Below, piece after piece: positions 32,601 to 34,847 of a DNA stretch of 34,857 bases. The stretch lies in assembly GCA_964526865.1 (NCBI GenBank), contig CAZGMX010000007.1:1-34857 (forward strand), in the 5' to 3' direction. The notes beneath the pieces are model-generated. The model saw nothing but the letters and a program-made list of their open reading frames with translations. It did no database searches and had not been told where the DNA came from. The position numbers and the translations under genes are program-made. Position 1 is the stretch's first letter. Each line of letters begins with the position of its first letter. Origin of the DNA: an uncultured Actinomycetota bacterium. GTDB lineage: Bacteria > Auribacterota > Ancaeobacteria > Ancaeobacterales > CAZGMX01.

Positions 32601-34847
32601 AAATATGGTCCGCGCCTGCTGTGCCGCTTGGGCTAATTGATCCGGAGTAGCAGTCCCTATTGCGATATTTTGCGACGCAAGATTATTCCTCACTGTTTCA
32701 AAATAGCTGCTAATAAGATCTTTCATTCCGGTTTCTTTTGCTTCCACAACCAGCGTGCTCTGGGTCCAGTCACCGGTTGCGCCTGTGAGCATCATCATAT
32801 GTCCTTTACTCGGGTTATCACGATTTGGCCATTCCCCCAAAACAACAGTATAGGAATCGGCCCCAAAACCATAACCAACATCTTGCCTCTTGAAATACGT
32901 ATTTTCCTGATCATACCCATATTGATATTCATCTGTTGTTACAAAACCGCTTGCCCCCCCCCGTTGATATGTGAGAGTGTTCAATTTTCCCGGAGCCACC
33001 GTAACGTCTGAACTTGCAAAGGTATCGCCGCGGTTCAAATATTCGTTCCTATATTGATATTCACGCTGATTGCCGCCCAAATCTTTGGAGAGTATTGTTT
33101 TTTTTTCTTTTACGGCCTGAGTTGCGTCGTGTATCTCTTCCTGCGTCTCTGACTCCACTACCATCACATCGCCATCGCTCCCGGTACTGGTGTATCCTGC
33201 ATAATCCTTCCGGACGGAAAAATAATTCTTGCTTCCCTTTAAAGAATCCGGAACAGTTATCGTAGCACCCCATGCACCGCTTATAGCCTCATCCGCAAGA
33301 TTCCTCGCTGAATTTCGAAGAGTTATGCCTGTAATACAATAGGTAATAAAACCGGCTTTGGGCCAGCTATAGCTCTTTTCTATGACAATTTCTTCACCGC
33401 TATTCAGTGCAGGCAGTACAGCGTCGATAGCGCTGTCAAGCGCCTCGTAACTGCCTACACTTTGAAAACTATCCCGGATAGCATTAAACCGCGCGGGAAG
33501 ACCTGTACCGAAATTTACGGGAGTTCCATCTGGATTCACGCCGGCGAATTCTGCTGTAATTATTGACTCGCCTTGAGCATAATATGTCTGTTGTATCTTT
33601 CCATTATCCTGAACTTCACGAACGGTTCCTTCCAAGATATTCAAGTAGTCTCCTTGCCTAATAAATGTGCATCCGTTAAGATAAGTGACGTCCCCCTCCG
33701 TCAGGTCCCCACTATTCAATATATAGCTCCCATCCTGCCGGGGTCCCGTCACCGTACCCGTCCCCGCCCCCAAAATCTCTTTGGCGCTTTCGGCGGCCAG
33801 GACCACCGGCTTGCCCGGTTCTGCGGTCAGAGCCGCTTCTGGCTTTACGGCCAGGGGCGCTTCACCGGCCTCGGCAATCGCGGGCGTTTCCGGCAGAGGC
33901 GCTTCTCCGGCAAGCGCGGGAACCTCTGGCAGAGCTAGTTCTTTGGCAATCGCGGGCTCTTCCGGTTGGACAACCGTGCCCGGAGGGAGCTGTTCGTCCG
34001 TCAAGATGACACCCGTTCCATTGCCTGCGGCCCACATGGCCTGAAATTCCATGATCCCGCGATCCTCGGCTTTTTCCCCGTCCGTCACTTTGACAAACTG
34101 GCTGCCATCGTCCCTGGTCATCACCTGCGCCATCACGTAGTGGTTGCCGCCAACGTGCGCGATAAAGGGTTCTTTCATCGCAGTCAAATCTGAAAAATCC
34201 ATTTGGACAACCTTCATGTCAAGGCCGGCACTTTTGGCCATGTTGGCAATTGTCCAGGCGGACGTCTGCAGCGCGCCCTGTTGCGGTTGCTCTCCCACTT
34301 CCAGCTTTAGGACACCGCCCAGGATGTCGGACAGGATGGTCTCGCCGACAAAACTCTCAAAGTCCTCGGCAAGCGCCCCTGTCTCTTCCCGCGTTCTGCC
34401 CGCCAGCATACGGCTCAATAAGGCCGCCTGCTGTGGAATTCCCTGATCCAGCGCCTGCTCGGGAGTCTGCATCACTCCCTGAATTCCGACCTCACCTTCC
34501 CCTTCCAGCACCGGCAGAATTCCCTGGTCCGGCTCCCCTCGGCGCGCCAGGGGCTGTGTCGCGGGCATTCCCTCGACAAACGCCTGCTCGGCCGTCTGCG
34601 CGGCGCCCGGCATAATCGCTTGCGCCCCCTCGGGCAGCAACAGCTCTTCCGGCGCCCCGGCCGGCAGGACAGGTTCTCCGGCCGCCGCCGCGCTCACCGG
34701 CTCCTCGGGCTTGAGCGTGCCGGCCTTGTAGGCCAGCAACGCGCCCAGAGAAAATACGGCGCAGTTGATCAGGGCCGTCCCCTGGCTGGTCAAGAAGGCC
34801 GCCATGTTTTCAACTGCCTTTTTGGCCTCCGCCGCATCGTTGATCAT
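8679..34847 (-). CDS. Giant modular protein, 8,722 aa. N-terminal C39-like cysteine peptidase domain, ConA/LamG-like and CBM-like beta-sandwich domains, many internally repeated alpha/beta modules. Probably a secreted or cell-surface adhesin-like protein. The 5' end may extend beyond the window.
   Basis: The ORF track shows one uninterrupted minus-strand ORF ending in TAG at 8679-8681. Every overlapping plus-strand ORF is short and R/P/C/H-rich, typical of antisense shadow frames. The three codons upstream of the ATG (K-Q-T, 34848-34856) are also open to the window edge. No Shine-Dalgarno is visible in the 10 nt available, so the start codon is uncertain. Confidence 0.9.
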   Translation of the reverse strand: MINDAAEAKKAVENMAAFLTSQGTALINCAVFSLGALLAYKAGTLKPEEPVSAAAAGEPVLPAGAPEELLLPEGAQAIMPGAAQTAEQAFVEGMPATQPLARRGEPDQGILPVLEGEGEVGIQGVMQTPEQALDQGIPQQAALLSRMLAGRTREETGALAEDFESFVGETILSDILGGVLKLEVGEQPQQGALQTSAWTIANMAKSAGLDMKVVQMDFSDLTAMKEPFIAHVGGNHYVMAQVMTRDDGSQFVKVTDGEKAEDRGIMEFQAMWAAGNGTGVILTDEQLPPGTVVQPEEPAIAKELALPEVPALAGEAPLPETPAIAEAGEAPLAVKPEAALTAEPGKPVVLAAESAKEILGAGTGTVTGPRQDGSYILNSGDLTEGDVTYLNGCTFIRQGDYLNILEGTVREVQDNGKIQQTYYAQGESIITAEFAGVNPDGTPVNFGTGLPARFNAIRDSFQSVGSYEALDSAIDAVLPALNSGEEIVIEKSYSWPKAGFITYCITGITLRNSARNLADEAISGAWGATITVPDSLKGSKNYFSVRKDYAGYTSTGSDGDVMVVESETQEEIHDATQAVKEKKTILSKDLGGNQREYQYRNEYLNRGDTFASSDVTVAPGKLNTLTYQRGGASGFVTTDEYQYGYDQENTYFKRQDVGYGFGADSYTVVLGEWPNRDNPSKGHMMMLTGATGDWTQSTLVVEAKETGMKDLISSYFETVRNNLASQNIAIGTATPDQLAQAAQQARTIFANVSPPPDVYLEKTRCRTNVPGEISRRFISDTISPEVPVNSAVVASQARAVGKAANLLAELKQLLDGTVVYDVDAATPTVSVMGVSGFTIMRGTTIRMVDGAEQIINGTVMKRGSGTVTMFIYENGAIKNGMTFVEGGPVEDITNITATTADASWRPGSVAHIDAQTGLITVTTTAGTKVTTDYCDALGRKQYSEVKDGNTRKQYQYGSDGAVAQTKEITIPAVTRDGQQVQLTENFSDFRNMTRLFAGTPDTAFGQTDQEITQGVTHISRTDGYWAEIVGRDTLDGARNPYFKVEFQVDTQNLSGTFIEINNKNENAGVASKRLGVYACKDPSSNNYFFYMAKMVPPDAAPSLLSDSSGNAVKLISTRIDPSKFYVTEIEIVQGAAQLYVYERGTQKPPSSQVVTVAGIGFNPNLAMFTRGAPLKLDNVEMGYLTSIKDVQKVSATEALTTETKGWMKYRTFTDNGNPQWKEDYILGTPDGEMLCKRTDYKANNVVEERYHRAQRVEQQVMADSFQNQAIDENIWRVNSGVSLQNGQAQITGYGGLELRNTLEIASKPTLELDVNFAGGEYGSGVGFGSYELAFADDLGGPYSGKTLAYLWDTRKASNNAMFIKEIDKNSTYKIKALYEDGKLRFSLYKKGIAGAADDKICDFNGTNQEQDFIFSMYGPAPLLVDNVKIGRIANVSYAITKDTTTPIAGSTHVQVQTDYLTQYYTGYDPANPDKSAVRIVEERGPVTGATATTPEKYDIFSHEESIMGADGQSVVLNLKDSWSAGKQTEANSRLMELKRLASDPDPAKRVDLTNADSIIAAVKKLPASATPLEIGEKIELPTLPGGPPNRSFTLERTGANEWKATEVGTGTPVWVSDRFITGGGAALPFNRVEKTVVYTNQDFTASGSVGSEVWKTENVNRTDTTKYSRNEYILDAGVTPKKLRAKYWDWTDISQPISGAGYVTDNRVTLYANINAGGKTDALKNWLSQVENALQPTGTKLKGVTTQQQFITAAESILPGLAMGEVLEIGGGPVFSRVREDLGFPVNNPGVREYIKIGKTVSGTGRETTWKNAGGTVVKTRSEYVVGDGYKFMIDSFPQDGSSVITSYKQNDPTTVTKIETNMPAGGKWIRKEEYPLAQVFGGTDPFKSSKAYNTRETVAIYPNSSRTQLEAKIDLMQAQTVPQTEGRLTSREGATPLAVWVEIAQAGKQEELRSFFNQIKTDVPNFAAATEAAVVSAVQARLNSLPAGTNVYIPIWDAQSSSWAKKYIFADRTEVRQNLPNGKYKTTESKIVSNVLRTTETICSSEPATEADKNRLKEKTTVTQFYSAGKEETITYHQASAVPAGRSATLKEESFVYDSSATPKKLRKTETYVTGTPDGAGYYEKQKYYSAYDALGVTPTQEYGVVVTKSLVSGSVGNVSICLNGPTNLSTAETCVTNALTRLKPLSGADLEAAISNIVTTLTPTSTMYRNTGPGNNRTIYYPSGKKEEEFYIAGTTNYEKKVTTVGNVQTTDFYTTGAVTTTEIREVYPPPNSSKVKAKTTLDIAGNQSVVENWDIGGTRLRKIEQIPATSPDMTFTAIQYVNRSANWLDDGATQKVAFQDQTLDYSVDFGSDSPNVQIQVSAKNWGAPLNSSYTNYQVEVFVDGVSKGTMNIPASASQYQTNTPFSLGQMTGTMPKTVQLKWKNDGGDGSTWDANIQIKDIVFQRTPQAAGRTIRDTNYQTGLTTEKEMDSTGTKIVSEKKITGFGNTQKTEIIEYDAAQNPRRTIQINNNTSGGSERIITDSVSKTRVTETFSQPNATGTITSTDVMKFKVTPTAGTGTNYNTYPNYPNAGWEDDVIRWVVQGNMLDVITTIDGAFALRETLLYESNIADVNNPTAGGRCIQSIYEYADGRKITTTYQWVGNAPRLLEEVTEDRYTDATLFAGAGRSVMTKTTDQLVVIYTDSTGKEVRRTWSEHDPAVSTEWVKVPKKTIQNSSMMNSTSEYVNGLEAKRSDTYRVVPEDSTAPQAYKNHMNTMRTRFGQNYQNWFSLKSGAPTDIASIREDRTYATPGNTSTATIDKYVMTYKDGHTEERAVMGGGWMTVIRKSDGTVMKTISETYNGTTTVENLPSGEVLQTVQDYATATTTTTRTREGKKLSERICQGYADTLGYKVTETYYRPDGTTIVKTMASEVVQDASLVPGMTYPQLYSTNCTKQVVSEGGAQTTTYLTLGANPTVIGTVVQRGNKFISSGGSRTSWNPYPYSAETEMDGDQIKRTVLNTEYFTDPTGTCADPTKWVWNYKTTEQYDYEGGAPVRYKCTYSLDNTTNSYSYDIVGGDWISTGGSEVFPLPEGTVLPVTANTPMPISQEKVNGLDGATVKEPATLTRKNGDLVMVTGVVEVPLTAPEIGTRAQTYLNGTLQSEKKTTTATDAAGNSVPDVTETFMRAYAPNWTATGPVGDGNTIVSQSIGSDSKLAMTGRSTYVGLTFDKPLKTTDLPEISFDIKASTNPGTSQNDCFILDNGLAALSTGYRRLGISVDGGKIKIQRMEDNQYLTATGTRGTNSSYCVYQVTPAAEGSPSNVFYSVNVRYEKNATTGKIDAKVFVWQRDQQQPTNPVYTWSSISDDVKAAEFIPRFTSRNLLATAAPMLVENVKIKGEPTLALSEEVAAGREVKTVGVTTSDNYSVTETTMKTVTIAGKPVAQCQSDVVTGKEGGVAFKEMGLYNSAGTDRVLTLRGASAKVTDTAWNTLKTAIGDPARTDLENVLKTVVTTLKIPVGTKGQVVQGDFVYKFEQKTLPGGGLPGTGNWEVGQMVEDPNDASKKIYVPKTKTEYTASQRVFHEYGFEMPPAQKTLTDNSDPDNVRVSVLQERMRAYPLAGGAAACDIWKWKLPSGEILEDSRSVTSPSGPVTISPATGKYAVYTEAVYDATMGSDSASFGRIDPRNIQIFTPDPALKTILENSGTFGALCIANGITSPSGWNVHKAPDAGKAAAFVAKLTDVQGHLQSMDVADLPNFAAQIAELQRDYSAIMTQIETAWGIKYAQDQASRDAVAAAFGFNNETKAVGADINATAYDIRHIKSGDKHILTAAIEGTSYIATRVYDAEYNLIKTDITQKVSGVNNREIKTFLPGDSVHPAITIKGAESEFGDVGRFFDSMQRQLESRRSDDLAYPESPDPGEMTRWARRQILDNYVPDNVDFTIDYGGIVNKFKVTNGVATQETTGLMESGTPFREMTETGTYQPIRMNGTAGLKERARRFEGQTGSETVIFDEWKWRCNGSVVDYDSTPGTTDNRTVGASFDFVDRNSATGVSAGYPKVWDSQGTEITNSVFVFTSQADTSQVTGFGSDSATQGRFDAADLQIKQFSMKSVMDSSEISGQVAASFGLAANTEAEALMLLQGSSSDITDCVEAFNSVQRELGRIQAIAQPKPDNIKYTANVLRDNVEINSRKAGITDAQALAAVKQIVGIEKVKTAFEFDSAELDPAVAANARDFDLGLNTDGSITAALKDAGGNQIGQATFAYIQGTGQNAGAIQRKDFVLKAGGSPAGAVIEDEIGYTYLGARNIVSTSHYVGGKTPNLGVGVIDPNLAWTRDVTDEQDNNSKTPIKIVTIDRSVNPGGTPPGAVTKFITKYAVDNTQSPAVLTLQEKELRRQVTDAAGNAVKFAEKYAPPVTASGGPSKASPDQGTIIPSPATGYPTLVDAAGTPITDGFLYLANDAMLSETDRAANVAADDPSRLFYDPEKIGAYVTGNHDLLVSTGVEANILADKGVTDPFDMTMRQITDVLAALRTADAAIDGIASVWQTGSDIAALKGAIDSIKTQYNLPDSAIQSILQDRIGTSAVVGYANNMLTISQGGAPAMRMEVLTGNYVQKNPSNASEWLISVGGTSYNMSTLATDLENNKSTFDNKLQEAQTFLALPEGNNPPSPTNNVLAWNITATIDNDLYFAGTLLPITTFTSTADWDRLDSYYDLNGLSESLDVADGKITNAESVKSAFQTEKTKYDAIKSATTATGAGTLNELVTADLGNLDSKVPASGALILNPAQNAVETSLSSAIAGLTNYAQQQYAARIVPAKENIYQQNINLAVTSLGQPSAGAIESSGLKQAIIDDFEMNATQVNMGNDSTFPHPIAKIDALKLVLARAQVVLGGVNAATPNSTVAAVAQLDAELDLALGTAADYDTSEMKNCTTGTIAKLMEAQVAGLTSTTDLITAAGNILAVGGNALAALSQARTQALSEFKSSSNRETYVAALRSIAALYDQAGNAASAVSVRNDVFTLEANRALTLMLAVYRSAMPTAMLEGLKAQGDLSSNTALDSKIDQYRAALTAINGALNNAYSNLITDGRAFAQLCLTMKDHNVPEAQVKEYVRSIVNAAWFVPSGVAAEWNGDSTVLQTRETAAPNRVTASYNLINGKTTTCIIYDGSTSNINTMTITDPIARTSTVENRVNKSKTIVSTNSAAPMTIKEYYNNVDQSTGISTGLSGLDISFKSEGTVAAGGTYVQTCTSYMTDTGTGAIVPEIELITGENNGQQYQRLMKNNVNYFEVAWPMLTQRRQAMLDARASFTSPTLFVDSDAGALNAESLSALEGHESRYVTAARDTVAAAVGAIDANNPWNSAQAVQMFGYINHMMDKTISSERLSLNTYLAATKNAYARSYGEEDTVSYSGLVNDYDTAQEAIRTQHAAIAGKILEKFNAGQTAAYSSLSTENAAAVQGSGLKDAISTLFVGRTVVPSDQWTTGDLLPQGALSYYTAAVYDPVNGTVRPSGTLPPDRDISASPYFKPSQCVAALERIAGATNSAMSSATLLDFKTIGTAIEAVRSAIGNEYRTQLVSPIETAQSQAMDASVAAAFAQRLTQGTVAPTINLANGTIEFTSATGNIIRGNITDGSYSMFQSNGTTKICDAANTYDGTGKNTVREFSYPVTLAGGATATVTDRWELDTGTNTLVPAAGYPRAVAADGSTNLPIVASSRTTDNLIDVANLDVSPISWGTLGTPAAPNADGIIAAVAQMQAAGITTVAHILSAALTNDDYTAVYNTPKRLLTILAESSGAPFKLEIGTGNFAKKTGADWVVRVNGTERNLSTVAGDIRRENGDFTAVCNDTEAYLGVPATGTAPAANTAAKAIKDAVDQGLVAAGNIASPMTEAAWTNLKSGYATALTAVQNAITDPVSGKRAAFDQARSELVTAIGEFTAVNDGASADLKALISTKLSEIQGTASVPLAYPQNREETLTGYVYDQQDRFIAGMAAVYNQEAVYVLDNVHYPGLNTRLDNAMAAMAASGLKDALLADIKTPSGAVDMGGVVRAANGIYNLFDGQHAAPAAGGTAPYGAIAAFRNTVNNAGYQISLMSNDPSGGASRLAFIDTSVLKPAYGAVHGTGAVYENSTLHAKVAGALIVELNRISAESNIAGVSVGAAKSILALGGDAQAVLDKGIPRAAQADILASYSVSDLASLASQPASKITQVFETMSSVVNAVSQWGSYASPDVERIYAFMRDNASPNFYKLSDTAVKSLMEAKFASTNTGESAVYNTDKKTLTLSNDLGIFYRLDVSRGEYVKRSGNDWIFGYRGNPNNVGVSDRNLTRLVSNLSLGKDSLVRAYSDAVNYMAVPAEGTAPAAGSALNLVADAVAGDLGVTVTQPVTAAGWDSLEANFKSALAAVQTALGDGSGSKVVALGTGYSTFYWPNRDCAYIKTAASQGAGSLGELITGKLDEINQILSDTNIPTIPTWDTGTATDKAKIMLAGRPEALTTAVYSQQNNLIAKKKEVLLAEIDRVAVGLGSDRAQVINQSGLKMEYLRACGYDPNAADNILNMGDRDRSASLFPPPNTVGSANPTPQTAVAGYSTGLGRINSALNGITATDSASVITARGNIKTLMLSVLNFSLNGGWDRREVRYTTDQIAARYETSTLKQSVDASVAGVIAQQAAAMTSAADRIAAAKSIMAIQGNPQAVVDMLAPKAVQDGVLAHFGIASLADLAGSPADTIDQVLTAMSDIGAVIGGVGTRAEPNADGIITFVNSLQNLPAEAIKQILEAHFKGPGVGDTAVYDTTKKMLTISTDPIGAVFRLEVASGKYSKWVGGKWTTFENLGGGSIRETVVESNVTTMQVKTNGVLQSRTVIDNVAKTETTEYFEDDGETVASRVEKTETVGQGGTPILTANIFYRNSSDNMEQVIGLSGSPAVVNQMTWAQVEALCVRIAGKNGSVLTDELETILKASSWTTGLTAQIAREDTIYRLEKGTEYGEMGRCVVLKKNAEGNFVKTRDMIITNYSGQTRKLLYDYLVGEPPVQMVVGEATMVRRFRNIPSDTTNGWYAETFEWVMPNGITVRLNIPTARRDTNGILQNPSDEESAIEHGLIAYSSDYKSRIIIYTGVEGKINDTILDDNSFGVYDPSKMVFVDYKIGGDITTTNMKWRIVKEMASAYESRSISRGEFHMIPPEKATDFNRDLENVQNALGGLSASTQRALAEETYGGGVVFDRSKKMLMTGDKEVRWEVDHYVTTKFTAKFMVNADSGAYASLDQATGKWKAVVNGAECVVNDAAAAQQLLEATGAVPAIGTRTAPNADGIITFVNSLQNLPAEAIKQILEAHFKGPGVGDTAVYDTTKKMLTISTDPIGVTFRLELGTGNFVKRDGTDWAARVGGKEMNLSTLKSDLVNNKYGFNNAYQEAQNYITGRLDPASSFPVSRQIWMRSLAELISTPEGEGDDYVTDMKPSAEALLSNLKTDFAQRMGVSPENISAENIFVRHSSLNPDYIGRFIPGLQAQPDEDGWIDGFNVTILYAGKKYSYLTAGTAELGFMPAETRRLSAAEQMDYAVSRPLDNVNTFEAIVPMEARFDGVAGEIRAQIAGDVTATQNMMGALTDNIADYRSVKGLSQDLLGAVDSAVMTALDTAVPATADPVYELMETAEAELKLETGDLATYALGRKDKFTQKRAELYKAEIDSIVSSLGGSRAWEMESSGTTQTLMNNFGLSAADVDLGGKKLSADCFDVFTPAGPTTAAAALLSRAQAVENFGKVIQAIDGAKNIPSTILSSTLKAIAAKLADPDFDAGAVVLDEKIIRWGARIAAVDTAIKVWNDARDDGRVVGSLYNVLLAQKLSTDEAKNIVETVTSYNGMRPALDMDKGTLEYYGTTKDGVELLAEKMDVINGTDTHFYYYPSTTTLPSYPLRETSANDPIAGTYTITDYDTDGETVTERSISRSSDPDYGGVYTYTTEDWVKKTKEIFGTDTDGVSFAVREFYIGVDQAVGLTGRDLAWVTEGQPWVEDGKDWKYKFVTYQADPDTGESVADIELVYGMVNGSHVEMLNKDGVDYFNEPMKLRTERRQAMLEGAKLLVPGSYVDPNAGDLATENLAALETHRADYLSNARLQAAGVLAGVHAKDPWLYDRKNMHAEKLFAYTNALIDKSNLYGRTDFVDVLDAEVKYGYLRSFTELPEFAAPLNQADKDTGRITFAAAYESVQKKIQSEYDAVTAVVKDKYDAGVKTAWGTDIATPTMATNAVVNSGLTAMLGTLFAPDNSLPAIETVPVVTAPPSMTMAKYKGGEVIPGQELVPGPAAKEEVERQVLKPSQSLNILQRIAPAAIQSLEKANLTDPRTIAQGINEVSLKIYQEFLNTVNVPSRQTKPTGVTDLNTLQALISTYPGYDAGVPVKVAAAFAEVLKQAKNMPVINLVAGTIEMTDPVTGNVTRGKLSDGSYSVFQPGGTTKIFDVVNTYDGATGANIGRSFTYPVTLADSTAVRVEDVWDINSSNGAVTPRTGYPKAYNVQTSNEMPITVAGDLRDPQTNLLNMANISLYTPATLPEGQSLTINVDTVVAENVNGYSGVTLKAGAVVTRENGLLKVVNGHLLQNSAVENGNKQNDTEFRSRQEISMLETTTYTTGPGAGKVQGYFQQFADTGHNLVRAELNTNVSNSAQDIVALREFARDAQAASNPTSAAGMEEFLNSHLELLGKFPLIEKFHPGELNFFAAQYTKDGNNIAINYQDISHSLGSVRTIDGVRRVLDANGVSAAVE
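9330..11010 (-). repeat. Paralogous block B (~560 aa) of the same duplication.
   Basis: See block A. The order of all sub-motifs is conserved, and the blocks lie about 8.4 kb apart. Confidence 0.8.
12862..13026 (-). repeat. Copy A of a perfect 165-bp direct repeat inside ORF1 (codes ...PNADGIITFVNSLQNLPAEAIKQILEAHFKGPGVGDTAVYDTTKKMLTISTDPIG).
   Basis: Base-by-base comparison with 14521..14685 gives 165/165 identical (ccgatcgggtcggtggagatcgtcagc...cccatctgcattgggc). The flanks drop to partial similarity within about 20 nt on each side. Confidence 0.9.
14521..14685 (-). repeat. Copy B of the perfect 165-bp direct repeat, offset 1,659 bp (553 codons, in frame) from copy A.
   Basis: Same comparison as for copy A. 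The shared antisense peptides in track ORFs 12724..12945 / 14323..14604 and 12942..13430 / 14031..15056 reflect the same identity. Confidence 0.9.
17740..19310 (-). repeat. Paralogous block A (~520 aa) of an old intragenic segmental duplication.
   Basis: Colinear protein similarity with block B. Matching pairs: MTIKEYYNNVDQSTGI.../FAVREFYIGVDQAVGL...; ...LTQRRQAMLDARA/...RTERRQAMLEGAK; ...FKPSQCVAALERIA/...LKPSQSLNILQRIA; ...NLANGTIEFTSATGNIIRGNITDGSYSMFQSNGTTKICDAANTYDG.../...NLVAGTIEMTDPVTGNVTRGKLSDGSYSVFQPGGTTKIFDVVNTYDG.... DNA similarity is only partial in the stretch compared (18021.. vs 9624..). Confidence 0.8.
24705..25340 (-). other. ConA/LamG-like jelly-roll domain 3.
   Basis: APNWTATGPVGDGNTIVSQSIGSDSKLAMTGRSTYVGLTFDKPL...EISFDIKAS...GKIKIQRMEDNQY...FYSVNVRYEKNATTGKIDAKVFVWQRD...LLATAAPMLVENVKIKGE. 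Same organisation and same terminal strand as domains 1 and 2. Confidence 0.45.
27503..27866 (-). other. CBM6/CBM35-like (galactose-binding-like) beta-sandwich domain, ~121 aa.
   Basis: ANWLDDGATQKVAFQDQTLDYSVDFGSDSPNVQIQVSAKNWGAPLNSSYTNYQVEVFVDGVSKGTMNIPASASQYQTNTPFSLGQMTGTMPKTVQLKWKNDGGDGSTWDANIQIKDIVFQR. The pattern (x-V-x-V-D-G-x-x-x-G-x-x-x-I-P..., ...V-x-L-x-W-x-N-D..., terminal I-x-F) resembles carbohydrate-binding modules. Assignment is by eye only. Confidence 0.4.
30552..31055 (-). other. ConA/LamG-like jelly-roll domain 2 (aa ~1265-1432).
   Basis: IWRVNSGVSLQNGQAQITGYGGLELRNTLEIASKPTLELDVNF...TYKIKALYEDGKLRFSLYKKG...DFIFSMYGPAPLLVDNVKIGRI. The opening W-x-x-x-x-G-x-x-L-x-N-G-x-x-x-I and the closing DNV strand are typical of LamG/DUF1080-like lectin folds. 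Confidence 0.55.
31299..31790 (-). other. ConA/LamG-like jelly-roll domain 1 (aa ~1020-1183).
   Basis: Alternating beta-strand pattern ...YFKVEFQVDTQNLSGTFIEINN...KFYVTEIEIVQGAAQLYVYERG...FNPNLAMFTRGAPLKLDNVEMGY. The terminal strand resembles the hydrophobic-D-(N/E)-(V/I)-x-(I/V) last strand of LamG/DUF1080-type domains. Assignment is by eye only. Confidence 0.45.
32954..32962 (-). repeat. G9 homopolymer on the coding strand (C9 on plus), codons Q-R-G-G-A (aa ~628-632 of ORF1).
   Basis: Plus strand ttg ccccccccc gttg. Minus strand CAA CGG GGG GGG GCA. Confidence 0.95.
33098..33106 (-). repeat. A9 homopolymer on the coding strand (T9 on plus), codons K-E-K-K-T (aa ~580-584 of ORF1).
   Basis: Plus strand attg ttttttttt c. 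Minus strand GTA AAA GAA AAA AAA ACA. Confidence 0.95.
33813..33965 (-). repeat. Imperfectly repetitive P/E/A-rich linker following the peptidase domain (aa ~295-345).
   Basis: Peptide PEEPAIAKELALPEVPALAGEAPLPETPAIAEAGEAPLAVKPEAALTAEPGKP, with GEAPL x2 and PAIA x2. At the DNA level, ggcgcttc(a/t)ccgg recurs at 33856 and 33898, and ggcaatcgcggg recurs at 33872 and 33945. Confidence 0.7.
33993..34805 (-). other. C39-like (bacteriocin-processing type, papain-fold) cysteine peptidase domain, aa ~15-285 of ORF1, interrupted by a large insertion.
   Basis: Motifs match the C39 family pattern. SQGTALINCAVFSLGALLAYKAG corresponds to Q-x6-C followed by a helix (Cys29 codon at 34761-34763). GALQTSAWTIANMAKSAGLDMKVVQMDFSDLTAMKEPFIAHVGGNHYVMAQV corresponds to ...P-x-I-x-H....H-f-v-V (His236 codon at 34140-34142). 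FVKVTDG supplies Asp256, and IMEFQAMWAAGNGTGVIL matches the eF...W....G.vl tail. Confidence 0.7.
34278..34715 (-). other. Low-complexity P/E/G/A/Q-rich insertion (aa ~45-190) between the catalytic Cys helix and the His-bearing half of the C39-like domain.
   Basis: The Cys29-to-His236 spacing is 207 aa, against roughly 70-80 aa in canonical C39 domains. The insert has internal similarity (AIMPGAAQTAEQAFVEGMPATQP vs GVMQTPEQALDQGIPQQ). Confidence 0.6.
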
